A stretch of DNA of 32,476 bases from Candidatus Falkowbacteria bacterium (GCA_016214755.1 JACRNX010000070.1:1-32476); one strand, 5' to 3'; shown: positions 1 through 8,378, counted from the first letter of the stretch. The notes: a model not told the origin generated them from the sequence alone. Made by a program: numbers and translations.

Positions 1-127
1 ATGGTAACAATAGATTATCAGCCTTATTTACGGGCGGTGGAAAGTATTATTAACATCTTGACTAAAATTGTAAAAACAAGCTCAGAATCAATTCAAAATT
101 TATAATCTAAAATTTCCAATTTCTATT

Positions 128-904
128 ATGCTTTCAAAATTTATCCAACAATTGCGGAAAAAGAACAATCTAACGCAGGAGTTTTTAGCATCCGCGCTTA
201 AAATTTCCCGCCCGACCTATATGCAAATTGAGCGGGGCGAGCGAGATTTAACTATTACCGAAGCAGAAAAACTCGCCTCTATTTTCGGTATTCCGTTTGA
301 AGATTTTAGGCGCGCCAAAGATTCTTCCATCACCGCTGAAATTAAGAAGGGAAAGATGAAGCCAAAAGCAGAAAAACAAGAAATCAGAATCAGCGTCCCG
401 CAAAAAAACCTTAAAAAATTTAAAGAGGTCTTGCTTTATGTTTTATCAAAAGTCGGCGGCAAGCCGAATGTCGGCGAAGCCGTGATTTACAAATTGCTTT
501 ATTTTATTGATTTTGATTTTTACGAAAAATTTGAGGAACAATTAGTCGGCGCGACTTACATTAAAAATCATTATGGTCCCACCCCCGTTGAATTTAAAGC
601 CGTTATTGACAATATGATTCAGGGTGGTGAAGTTGTAAAGGTTGAAGAAAAATATTTTAATTATCCGCAAAGAAAATATTTAGCGGTCAGGCGGCCAAAT
701 CTTGATGTTTTATCCGGCCGCGAAATAGAACATATTGATGATGTCTTAGCGCGGCTTTCGGACAAAAACGCCAAAGAGATGGAAAATTATTCCCACGAGG
801 ACATTCCTTGGAAAACGGCGGAAGACGGCAAACCGCTTTCTTACGAGAGTGTTTTTTATCGCGATGAGCGTTATTCTGTAAGAAATTATGACGATGAACT
901 TTGA
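128..904 (+). CDS. XRE-family HTH plus Panacea (DUF4065) domain protein; putative type II antitoxin
   Basis: N-terminal helix-turn-helix (LTQEFLASALKISRPTYMQIERGERDLTITEAEKLASIF). C-terminal region with the K.LYKLLYF.D....G.PL...F.A...GP motif typical of Panacea/SocA-like antitoxin domains. Overlaps the downstream small ORF by 17 nt. Confidence 0.65.
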   Translation: MLSKFIQQLRKKNNLTQEFLASALKISRPTYMQIERGERDLTITEAEKLASIFGIPFEDFRRAKDSSITAEIKKGKMKPKAEKQEIRISVPQKNLKKFKEVLLYVLSKVGGKPNVGEAVIYKLLYFIDFDFYEKFEEQLVGATYIKNHYGPTPVEFKAVIDNMIQGGEVVKVEEKYFNYPQRKYLAVRRPNLDVLSGREIEHIDDVLARLSDKNAKEMENYSHEDIPWKTAEDGKPLSYESVFYRDERYSVRNYDDEL

Positions 905-1268
905 TGAATTGCCTGAATTCCAAAAGGAATGTAAGCGGCTTAATAGAAAATACAAATCACTCCTAGATGATATTAAGGGATTTAAAAGCGATTTGCAAAA
1001 TTTCAAAGATATTATTTCTATAATGCCGCTTGGCAATAGTAAACATTTTAATGTTATTACAAAAAATGAGCAGTGTACGGTTGTAAAGGCTCGTTTATTT
1101 TGTCGTTATTTAAAAGGCTCGTCGCTCCGAGTTATTTATGCCTATCACATTGCCGCTTCAAAAGTTGATTTTATTGAGATATACTTCAAAGGCGAAAAAG
1201 AGAACGAAAATCGTGAGCGAATCAAGGGATATTTGATTAACCAAAATCCCACCCACCACCCAATTTGA
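888..1268 (+). CDS. Small protein, putative toxin partner (RelE/ParE-like fold suspected)
   Basis: 126-aa ORF translationally coupled (17-nt overlap) to the Panacea-domain gene. The C-terminal segment LRVIYAYHIAASKVDFIEIYFKGEKENE resembles RelE/ParE-superfamily toxin cores. No firm family assignment. Confidence 0.4.
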   Translation: MTMNFDELPEFQKECKRLNRKYKSLLDDIKGFKSDLQNFKDIISIMPLGNSKHFNVITKNEQCTVVKARLFCRYLKGSSLRVIYAYHIAASKVDFIEIYFKGEKENENRERIKGYLINQNPTHHPI

Positions 1269-1402
1269 GACCCCGCCGTCCTCCTTAGCTAAAGTTATGG
1301 ACGGGCAAGAAAAATCGCTGGGATTTCCCCATCTTCATCTTTCGGCTTCGGACGAGCAAGCAACAGTCAGATAAAAGTGAATCTTAATTTTTTTATAACC
1401 TT

Positions 1403-2041
1403 ATGATTGCCGACATATTATTTTTTCTAACAAACTTCGTGGTCAGTTCAATCAGCCATCTCGGATACGCCGGCGTGGCGGCGTTGATGGCGATTGAATC
1501 AGCCGCTATTCCTCTGCCGTCTGAAATAATTATGCCTTTTGCCGGTTCGCTTATTCCCAGCGGCCGTTTTTCGCTTTTGGGAATAGCGCTGGCTGGCGCG
1601 ATTGGTTCCACCATTGGTTCTTGGCTGACTTATTGGCTAGGCCGATACGGCGGCCGGCCGTTAATCGAAAAATACGGAAAATATATTTTGATTTCGCGCC
1701 GTGATTTGAATTTAGCTGATAAATTTTTTAGTCGCTATGGCGCGTGGTCAACGTTCATCGGCCGCATCTTGCCAATCGTCAGAACATATATCTCTATTCC
1801 CGCTGGCATTACTAAAGTGCCATTCGGACTTTTTACTGCCACGAGTTTGTTCGGTTCATTTGTTTGGTCATTATTTCTCGGCTGGTTAGGCCAAAAATTG
1901 GGAGCGAATTGGACGATGCTGGAACATTATTTCCGGAAATTCGATTATTTGATCGCGCTGGCGATAATTATTTTTTTAGCCCTTTGGATAAAACGGCATT
2001 TCAAAATCAAAAGCGGCGAGCCGCCGATTTATATTGGATAA
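1403..2041 (+). CDS. DedA/SNARE-associated family membrane protein
   Basis: Multi-TM protein with DedA signature stretches (…ESAAIPLPSE…GRYGGRPLIEKYGK…GRILPIVRTYISIPAG…). Confidence 0.8.
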   Translation: MIADILFFLTNFVVSSISHLGYAGVAALMAIESAAIPLPSEIIMPFAGSLIPSGRFSLLGIALAGAIGSTIGSWLTYWLGRYGGRPLIEKYGKYILISRRDLNLADKFFSRYGAWSTFIGRILPIVRTYISIPAGITKVPFGLFTATSLFGSFVWSLFLGWLGQKLGANWTMLEHYFRKFDYLIALAIIIFLALWIKRHFKIKSGEPPIYIG

Positions 2042-2141
2042 ATTGTAAGAAAAGCTTGCGAAATATAACTAAGGACACGGATTAGAGACAGGAGATAAAC
2101 ATTGAACGTGAATAACGCAGATTATCTTTACAAATAGATTT

Positions 2142-3413
2142 ATGTGTCTGGCCACTCCGGCGAAAATCGTCGGTTTTAATCAAGATAAAATTTTAATCGA
2201 AAAGGACGGCGCGACGATGGAAGTCAGCGCTTTTTTATTGCCAAAAGCGAAAATCGGCGATTGGATTTTGTATGTTAATGATTTGGCGATAAAAAAAATT
2301 GACGCGGAAGAGGCGCGAGAGATTTTGCGGCTTGTTGAATCGCCGCGGAATAAAGTCAAGACAGAATTATTAAGTGGTAAGTTTAAGAAGATAATTGAAA
2401 AAGCGCATCAGAACGATTTGAATAAGGGTGAAATAATTTATTTATTAAACAGTGAAGGCATGGAAAAGGACGCATTGCTGGCGGAGGCGGACATCACGCG
2501 CCGCGCGTTCATCAAGGATTTTATTTGCATTCACGGCATTATCGAATTTTCCAATTATTGCGAGAATGATTGCGCGTATTGCGGATTGCGCTCGGCGAAT
2601 GGCGCGATCGAACGTTATCGGATGAGCATTGATGAAATTAAGGAAACCGCGAAGCAGGCGGCCGTCGAAAAAGGATACAAGCTGTTGGTTTTGCAGTCCG
2701 GCGAAGATAATTTTTATACCGACGATATGCTAGTTGAACTGATAAAACAGATTAAGTCCGTCTGTCGAGTGTTTATTTTCATGAGTTGCGGTGAACGCGG
2801 TTTTGAATGTTATAAAAAAATGAAAAACGCGGGCGCGTCGGGCGCGCTCTTGCGTTTTGAAACGTCAAGTCAATCATTATTCACAAAAATTCATCCGCAA
2901 GGAAAAAATTTAGAAAATCGAATTGAGCATTTGCGTTTTTTAAAAGAGTTGGGCTATTTTATCACCACTGGTTCGCTGATTGGTTTGCCTGGACAGACGA
3001 TTGAGGACTTGGCAGATGATATTTTATTGATTGCGCCGCGCGCGCACATGGTTTCAATGGGCCCGTTTATTCCTTGCGATAACACGCCGATGGAGAATTG
3101 CCCGGCTGGCGATCCGGAAATGAATTTAAAGATGATTGCCGTCTTGCGCTTGCTCATGCCGACCGCGAGAATTCCTGTTACTACCGCTCTGGAAACATTG
3201 CTCGGCGAAGACGGCCGGAAACGCGCGCTGGCGGCCGGCGCTAACGCGCTGATGATGAATTTAACGCCGAAAAAATACCGTTCGCTTTATAAAATTTACC
3301 CGGGCCGTTTTTTTGACAATGATTCGCTTTGGCAAAAGTATGGCTTGTTTAAATATGAAGAAAGTTATAAAATGCTTGAAGAGAGAATGGCGAAAGAAAT
3401 TAAGAGAAAATGA
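2142..3413 (+). CDS. hydE: [FeFe]-hydrogenase maturase HydE (radical SAM) with N-terminal HypC/HupF-like domain fusion
   Basis: Residues 1-~70 start MCLATPAKIV… and end …IGDWILYVNDLAIKKIDAEEAREIL, matching the HypC signature (MCL[AG]xP… VGDYVLVHVGFAI..ID.EEA). The rest aligns to HydE: IIEFSNYCENDCAYCGL (CX3CX2C), YRMS..EI, LQSGED, LLRFETS, ENRIEHL..LKELGY, GLPGQTIEDL, MGPFIP, YPGRF. Confidence 0.8.
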   Translation: MCLATPAKIVGFNQDKILIEKDGATMEVSAFLLPKAKIGDWILYVNDLAIKKIDAEEAREILRLVESPRNKVKTELLSGKFKKIIEKAHQNDLNKGEIIYLLNSEGMEKDALLAEADITRRAFIKDFICIHGIIEFSNYCENDCAYCGLRSANGAIERYRMSIDEIKETAKQAAVEKGYKLLVLQSGEDNFYTDDMLVELIKQIKSVCRVFIFMSCGERGFECYKKMKNAGASGALLRFETSSQSLFTKIHPQGKNLENRIEHLRFLKELGYFITTGSLIGLPGQTIEDLADDILLIAPRAHMVSMGPFIPCDNTPMENCPAGDPEMNLKMIAVLRLLMPTARIPVTTALETLLGEDGRKRALAAGANALMMNLTPKKYRSLYKIYPGRFFDNDSLWQKYGLFKYEESYKMLEERMAKEIKRK

Positions 3414-3464
3414 TTATAGATAGATGGAATAATTTTTTTATTCAAAGGCGGTTTGCTTCGCAGA

Positions 3465-3490
3465 CCTACTTTTTGTAATCAAAAAGTAGG
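3465..3490 (+). terminator. Hairpin downstream of hydE (putative terminator/attenuator)
   Basis: Perfect 10-bp stem cctacttttt/aaaaagtagg with 6-nt loop, followed by a weak T-run (caaaaagtttt). Confidence 0.4.
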
Positions 3491-3652
3491 CAAAAAGTTT
3501 TGGGGTGGCAAATTCGCTATCTCGTTGGGTTTAATCTCTTGCTGTCTGCCGCGACGCTCAGTTGCCCACCCCAAACCCCATGGTGGCGCTGAACTGTTGG
3601 TATCGCTGTTATCATCTGAAAATACAAACGACACTAACCATTCTCACAAAAT

Positions 3653-5035
3653 ATGCTGTCAGTTAACGATATTGTAACTGAAGACTTAATTCAAGATATT
3701 TTAAATAGAACAAAAAATGCCAGCGATAAAATCGCGCTGGCGATTTTAGAGAAAGCGAGAAAGAAAAAAGGATTAACGCTTGAGGAAGTCGGTTGTTTGA
3801 TTAACGCGCGAGATGACGGATTGATTGCGGAAATATTTGACGCCGCGCGCCAAGTAAAATCAGAAATTTACGGCGAACGTTTAGTCCTTTTCGCGCCGCT
3901 TTACGTTTCCAGCCATTGCGTCAACAATTGCGCGTACTGCGGTTTTCGACAGGATAATGGCGCGGGGCGGAAAAAATTAAGTTTGGAAGAAGTGGCGGAG
4001 CAAGTTAAAATTTTAGAATCAATGGGGCATAAGCGCCTGTTGCTGGAATTTGGCGAGGATCCGAAAGAGTCGCCGATTGACTATGTCGTTGAAGTTATTA
4101 AAACAATTTATGCCACCAAATGCGGTTTAGGCGAAATCCGACGAGTGAACGTTAATATCGCTGCCGATACGGCTGAAAATTATCGACAGTTAAAGGATGC
4201 GGGCATTGGCACTTATCAATTGTTTCAGGAAACTTATGACCGAAAAACTTATAAACAATTGCATCAGGGGCCCAAAGCGGATTACGAGCGGCAACTGTTC
4301 GCCATGGATAGGGCGTTTGAAGCAGGGATTGATGACGTGGGTTTGGGCGTATTATTCGGTCTTTATGATTGGCGGTTTGAAGTGCTGGCAATAATTAGCC
4401 ACGCGCGATACTTGGAAAAAAAGTTTGGCGTTGGCCCGCACACGATTTCTGTCCCGCGCTGGCAAAAAGCAGACGGCGCTCTCTGGCAATCAGCGCCGTC
4501 AGCTGTTTCTGACGATGATTTTTTGAAAATTATCGCTATCCTCCGTTTAGCTGTTCCTTACACGGGCATGATTATTTCCACCCGCGAACGGCCGGAAATT
4601 CGCGCCAAAGCGTTCAGCGTCGGTATTTCGCAGACCTCGGCCGCTTCGAGGACTTCGCCTGGCGGCTATGGCCAAAAATCAGAAACAGCGAATCAGTTTT
4701 GCGTTGCTGACGAGCGAACGCTTGACGAAGTAATCGCGAGTATCCTCGCTCAAGGTTTATTACCGAGTTTTTGCACTGCTTGTTATCGTTTAAAACGCAC
4801 GGGTGAAAATTTTATGGAGTTGGCAAAGCCGGGAGAAATCCAAAAATATTGTCGTCCAAACGCGATTTTGACTTTTCAAGAATATCTCGCGGACTATGCG
4901 TCGCCGGCAGTCAAGGAAAGCGGCGCGCGGGCGATTCAAAAACATTTGAACGCGATTGAAGATTCCGCCGTCCGCGAAGAAACGAAAAAACGGCTGGCGC
5001 GCGTCGCGGCCGGCGAACGCGATATTTATTTTTAG
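3653..5035 (+). CDS. hydG: [FeFe]-hydrogenase maturase HydG (radical SAM tyrosine lyase, ThiH-like)
   Basis: LVLFAPLYVSSHCVNNCAYCGFRQDN radical-SAM motif of the ThiH/HydG family. C-terminal FCTAC-X22-C (CX2CX22C) auxiliary-cluster motif, which is diagnostic for HydG versus ThiH. Confidence 0.85.
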   Translation: MLSVNDIVTEDLIQDILNRTKNASDKIALAILEKARKKKGLTLEEVGCLINARDDGLIAEIFDAARQVKSEIYGERLVLFAPLYVSSHCVNNCAYCGFRQDNGAGRKKLSLEEVAEQVKILESMGHKRLLLEFGEDPKESPIDYVVEVIKTIYATKCGLGEIRRVNVNIAADTAENYRQLKDAGIGTYQLFQETYDRKTYKQLHQGPKADYERQLFAMDRAFEAGIDDVGLGVLFGLYDWRFEVLAIISHARYLEKKFGVGPHTISVPRWQKADGALWQSAPSAVSDDDFLKIIAILRLAVPYTGMIISTRERPEIRAKAFSVGISQTSAASRTSPGGYGQKSETANQFCVADERTLDEVIASILAQGLLPSFCTACYRLKRTGENFMELAKPGEIQKYCRPNAILTFQEYLADYASPAVKESGARAIQKHLNAIEDSAVREETKKRLARVAAGERDIYF

Positions 5036-5128
5036 GACTTGAAATTTTTGATATTTATTGATACGCTGTATTTTGTAATTTGGGATTTGTTTAGAATTTA
5101 GAAATTCGGATTTAGAATTTGTTAGAGG

Positions 5129-5213
5129 GGGCAGGTGGTGGAACTGGTAGACACGTACGGTTCAGAGCCGTATGCCGCGAGGCATGAGGGTTCAAATCCC
5201 TCTCTGCCCACCA
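5129..5213 (+). tRNA. tRNA-Leu (anticodon CAG)
   Basis: Hand-folded cloverleaf: acceptor GGGCAGG/TCTGCCC, 3-bp D stem, anticodon stem TACGG/CCGTA with loop TTCAGAG, long variable arm (tgccgcgaggca), T-loop TTCAAAT, encoded CCA. Confidence 0.85.
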
Positions 5214-5311
5214 ATTTAGAAGTTAGAAATTGGAAATTGGAAGTTAGAGAAATAGATAGTTCTCATTTTTATTTTCCAACTTCTTATCTCCCATCTCTCA
5301 CCTCCAAATTT

Positions 5312-5387
5312 GGGCTCGTAGCTCAGTTGGTAGAGCGCGGCAATCGCAATGCCGAGGCCAGGGGTTCGATTCCCCTCGAGTCCACCA
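5312..5387 (+). tRNA. tRNA-Ala (anticodon CGC)
   Basis: Cloverleaf with the G3·U70 identity pair (GGGCTCG/CGAGTCC), anticodon loop ATCGCAA, T-loop TTCGATT, encoded CCA. Confidence 0.9.
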
Positions 5388-5405
5388 CCCCGACGGACGT
5401 CGGGG
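5388..5405 (+). terminator. GC-rich trailer hairpin after tRNA-Ala (CCCCGACG-ga-CGTCGGGG)
   Basis: Inverted repeat immediately 3' of the CCA end. The same core recurs after tRNA-Pro and at two other sites. Confidence 0.4.
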
Positions 5406-5544
5406 AAACTCAAAATTCCAAGCTCAAAATCCAAAGTAAATTTAAATTTTATAAATTTGATATTTAATTTGAATTTTAGGTTTTGTGCTTGAATCTATAA
5501 GGGTTTGTATCCTAGTCGAAATTTGTTAAAAGATTATAATAATT

Positions 5545-6522
5545 ATGGAATATACGGATAGGGTGTATGGAAATTTTGAAATCGAAGAACCGGTTATTTT
5601 GGAATTGATAAATTCTCCGACGCTTCAGCGATTAAAAGAAATAGATCAAGCGTGATACGGCGAGTCCTATTTCCCGGGCACCGCGCACTCCCGTTTTGAA
5701 CATTCAGTCGGCGTCTATTTGCTTCTTAAAATGTATCAGGCGCCGCTTGAAGAACAAATCGCCGGACTAATTCACGATGCCTCGCATTCAGCTTTTTCCC
5801 ATTGCATAGATTATGTTTTAGACGCCGGCTCGGGGAAAGAACACAATCATCAAGATAATGTTTTTGATGAATTTGTCAGAAAGTCGAAAATTCCCGAAAT
5901 ATTTAAAAAATATAATTTTGATTTAGAATATATTTTGGATGATAAAAATTTTCCGTTAAAAGAAAAGGATTTGCCGGATTTGTGCGCGGACAGAATTGAT
6001 TATTCATTAAGAACCGCCGTTGTTTTTGGAGAAATTGAAAACGGTCAGTATTTTATTGACAATCTTTCGGCAGAAAACGGCCAATGGATTTTCAAGGATT
6101 TTGAAAGCGCGGAAAAATACGCTGAATTATTTTTAAAACTTAACGCCAACTACTACGCTGGTTTGCCTTCCGCGGTTATGTTCCGGACAGTCGGCGACTA
6201 TCTCCGCTACGCGCTTTCAAAACAATATATTTCTGAAACTGATTTATATACCACTGACAAAGTCGTGCTGGAAAAAATAGAGCCGCATATTGAAACTGAT
6301 CCAGAATTAAGTTTGCTGTTTGACAGAATGAATAATAAAATCGGTTTTAAAAACGACCCGAATAATTTTGATGCCAAGGTTTTTTGTAAATCGCGAATGG
6401 TAAATCCTCTTTGCCGGCATGATGGAAAAATCAAAAGAGTTTCAGAGGTAAAGCCAAGTTGGGATGATATAATAAAGCGGGAATCTAAGCCGAAAGAGTA
6501 TTTTTTGAAGTTTGATAAGTAG
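5545..6522 (+). pseudogene. HD-domain metal-dependent phosphohydrolase interrupted by in-frame TGA (5653..5655)
   Basis: The conserved HD N-terminus (…LQRLKEIDQA*YGESYFPGTAHSRFEHSVGVYLL…) is split by an opal codon exactly where HD proteins have a conserved Gly (QLG…YPGA.H.RFEHSLGV). The listed ORF 5719..6522 (TTG start) lacks the H..RFEHS metal-binding half of the HD motif. Confidence 0.55.
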
Positions 6523-6655
6523 TCGGACCGGATGCGGAGGAGAACCGCCCATCATCTTCAAAGGCCAGGCGAGCTTTTGAAGGAATAGCAAAAAACAGAT
6601 AAAGATAATTTATTTGTTTTTTTATTTCAGCTAATTTTAGAGAGGTTTAGGATAG

Positions 6656-6684
6656 TTGACAGAATCATTTTTTTGTGCTATACT
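6656..6684 (+). promoter_or_regulatory. Sigma70-like promoter TTGACA-17-TATACT upstream of GC-rich islet
   Basis: Consensus -35 TTGACA (6656-6661), 17-nt spacer, -10 TATACT (6679-6684), about 45 nt upstream of the SD/ATG at 6731. Confidence 0.5.
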
Positions 6685-6730
6685 TTTATGTTCAGTGACA
6701 TGAACATCAACAACCTAAAGGAGGTGCGTA

Positions 6731-7099
6731 ATGAGGTACGACCAGTTCGTAGGGCTCAACGAAAGAGCCCAGGAGCTCATCAAGGGCGAGCAGGAGCTCG
6801 CCTACACGGAAGAGGTGGTGCGTATTTACCCTGATGGCGGGCAGGAAAGGATGCCGGATCGTCCGGTGTTCGAGTCCACGGTCAAGAAAGAGGAGAGCGG
6901 CGAATCATACACGGGTATGTTCACCGTCGAATATCCGCTCCACAAGTACACTTTCCCCAACGGCCAAATATACTACGAGCGCCTGCAGACAGCGCCGTGG
7001 TCGTCCGGCCCAGTCCATTTCCTCGCCCTCCAAAACGAAGACGGAAAGTGGGTTCCTGAATCCCTCTGGACAGACGAGGAAATCAGGCAAAACACTTAA
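6731..7099 (+). CDS. Hypothetical protein (GC-rich islet gene 1)
   Basis: 122-aa ORF preceded by a strong SD (aaaggaggtgcgtaATG). GC3-rich codon usage unlike its neighbours. Confidence 0.5.
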   Translation: MRYDQFVGLNERAQELIKGEQELAYTEEVVRIYPDGGQERMPDRPVFESTVKKEESGESYTGMFTVEYPLHKYTFPNGQIYYERLQTAPWSSGPVHFLALQNEDGKWVPESLWTDEEIRQNT

Positions 7100-7215
7100 C
7101 CGTTTCTCCCATCTTTCAAGCAAATCAATGGAACGCCCACGCGCGTTCCAATCTCCCCAAGCGATGTGATCCTTCGGTAAGTTCAGGATGATATCGTTTG
7201 GGGAGGTGAACAACC

Positions 7216-7449
7216 ATGATCAACAATAACGCGAAGATTCTGGTGTTCTCGGGTCTGGTGTCCAGGGAATGCGAAGCAGCGGCAGTGCCCAAAGGGCGTC
7301 TGCCTGAGGCGAAGGTGCTGGCGGAGCGTCGGTTGCGCGAGCTCGTCGGGAGGACGCAGGCGGCGCGGCAGGCGGGCAACTTCGAGAGGTACTACACGCT
7401 TCGTCAGCAGGTTCGCGAGATATCTCCCTCCATCGGCCGTCACCTCTAG
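7216..7449 (+). CDS. Hypothetical small protein (GC-rich islet gene 2)
   Basis: 77-aa ORF with SD ggggaggtgaacaaccATG, in the GC-rich segment. Confidence 0.4.
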   Translation: MINNNAKILVFSGLVSRECEAAAVPKGRLPEAKVLAERRLRELVGRTQAARQAGNFERYYTLRQQVREISPSIGRHL

Positions 7450-7613
7450 AAATCCCCTTGGTTCTATCCTCACGAAAAATCCAACCATTTCTACGCCGTG
7501 GACTTCTCTAAGTTCACGGTCCTTCCTTAAAAAATGATTATCATCGTTTTATAAGGAAGTTTCACGAGCAACGTGTTCGTGAAAAGGAAAACCAAACAGA
7601 TAGGGGAGGAAAA

Positions 7614-7874
7614 ATGTTCTGGAAAGCAAAGTTTTACATTGGGATCAGTTTCTTCACTATCGGCGCACTCGCTTTTCTCCTTTCCATCATGTCGCCCACC
7701 TGCAACGGGAATGTACACTTCATCATGTGGTGTACGTATATTCCCCCCGAGAAGTTCAGGTTCTTCGGCTCTTTGATGCTCATTGGCGGTGGGGTATTTC
7801 TTTATGCCTCATTGTCGGGCTTCCTGCGACACTATAAGAGTCTTCAAAGTCACCTGCCATCATCCCGCCAGTAG
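7614..7874 (+). CDS. Hypothetical small membrane protein (GC-rich islet gene 3)
   Basis: 86-aa ORF with SD taggggaggaaaaATG and two predicted hydrophobic helices. Confidence 0.45.
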   Translation: MFWKAKFYIGISFFTIGALAFLLSIMSPTCNGNVHFIMWCTYIPPEKFRFFGSLMLIGGGVFLYASLSGFLRHYKSLQSHLPSSRQ

Positions 7875-8062
7875 CGCTCCGACGTACCCGTCGAAGCGTT
7901 TTCCATTTTAAATATCAGGTTTACAATTTTTTTTTGATTTGTTAAAATCAAATCAATATTATATGGATTTACCCCACCGTGGCGGGGTATACGGATTTTT
8001 TGAGAAAGGACTAAACGTTTTCTTGATTTATTATTTTTTTGATTTCTTAATTTTTTATTTAT

Positions 8063-8139
8063 GGACGACTAGCTCAGCTGGTTAGAGCGCTACACTCACA
8101 CTGTAGAGGTCACTGGTTCGATCCCAGTGTCGTCCACCA
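8063..8139 (+). tRNA. tRNA-Val (anticodon CAC)
   Basis: Cloverleaf: acceptor GGACGAC/GTCGTCC, anticodon loop CTCACAC, T-loop TTCGATC, encoded CCA. Confidence 0.9.
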
Positions 8140-8223
8140 ATTTGGAAGTTGGAGATTAGAGATTGGAGGTTAGAAAGATACTCACTTCTAACTTCTCATT
8201 TCCAATTTCCCGTCTCCAAATTA

Positions 8224-8300
8224 CGGGGTATGGCGCAGTTGGCTAGCGCGCATGCATGGGGTGCATGAGGTCGCCAGTTCAAATCTGGCTACCCCGACCA
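8224..8300 (+). tRNA. tRNA-Pro (anticodon GGG)
   Basis: Cloverleaf: C1-G72 acceptor CGGGGTA/TACCCCG, anticodon loop ATGGGGT with G37, T-loop TTCAAAT, encoded CCA. Confidence 0.9.
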
Positions 8301-8378
8301 TCCTTCGAGGTTCGTCCCGCCAGAAGCGGGACTCGCACCTCAGGATGACAAAAAAATACAGAAGTACTAGAACAAAAA

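Noticed and set aside
1-127. Promoter/operator for the TA pair
   Set aside because: TTGACT (58-63) and TATAAT (101-106) are both present but 37 nt apart. No correctly spaced -35/-10 pair or clear operator palindrome could be assigned.
3453-3677. 74-aa ORF in the hydE-hydG spacer
   Set aside because: It overlaps the hydG start in another frame and has a hydrophobic, low-complexity translation. The region is better explained as structured RNA.
6834-7488. Multiple overlapping ORFs on both strands (for example 6834..7169 +, 6905..7213 -, 7125..7379 -, 7183..7488 -)
   Set aside because: These are typical spurious open frames of GC-rich DNA. They lack SD sequences and overlap the better-supported SD-preceded genes.
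5388-8062. Integrative element inserted at tRNA-Ala (region between the two tRNA clusters)
   Set aside because: No integrase or recombinase gene. No duplicated tRNA 3' end (att-like direct repeat) at the distal boundary. Only the GC-rich sub-segment looks foreign.
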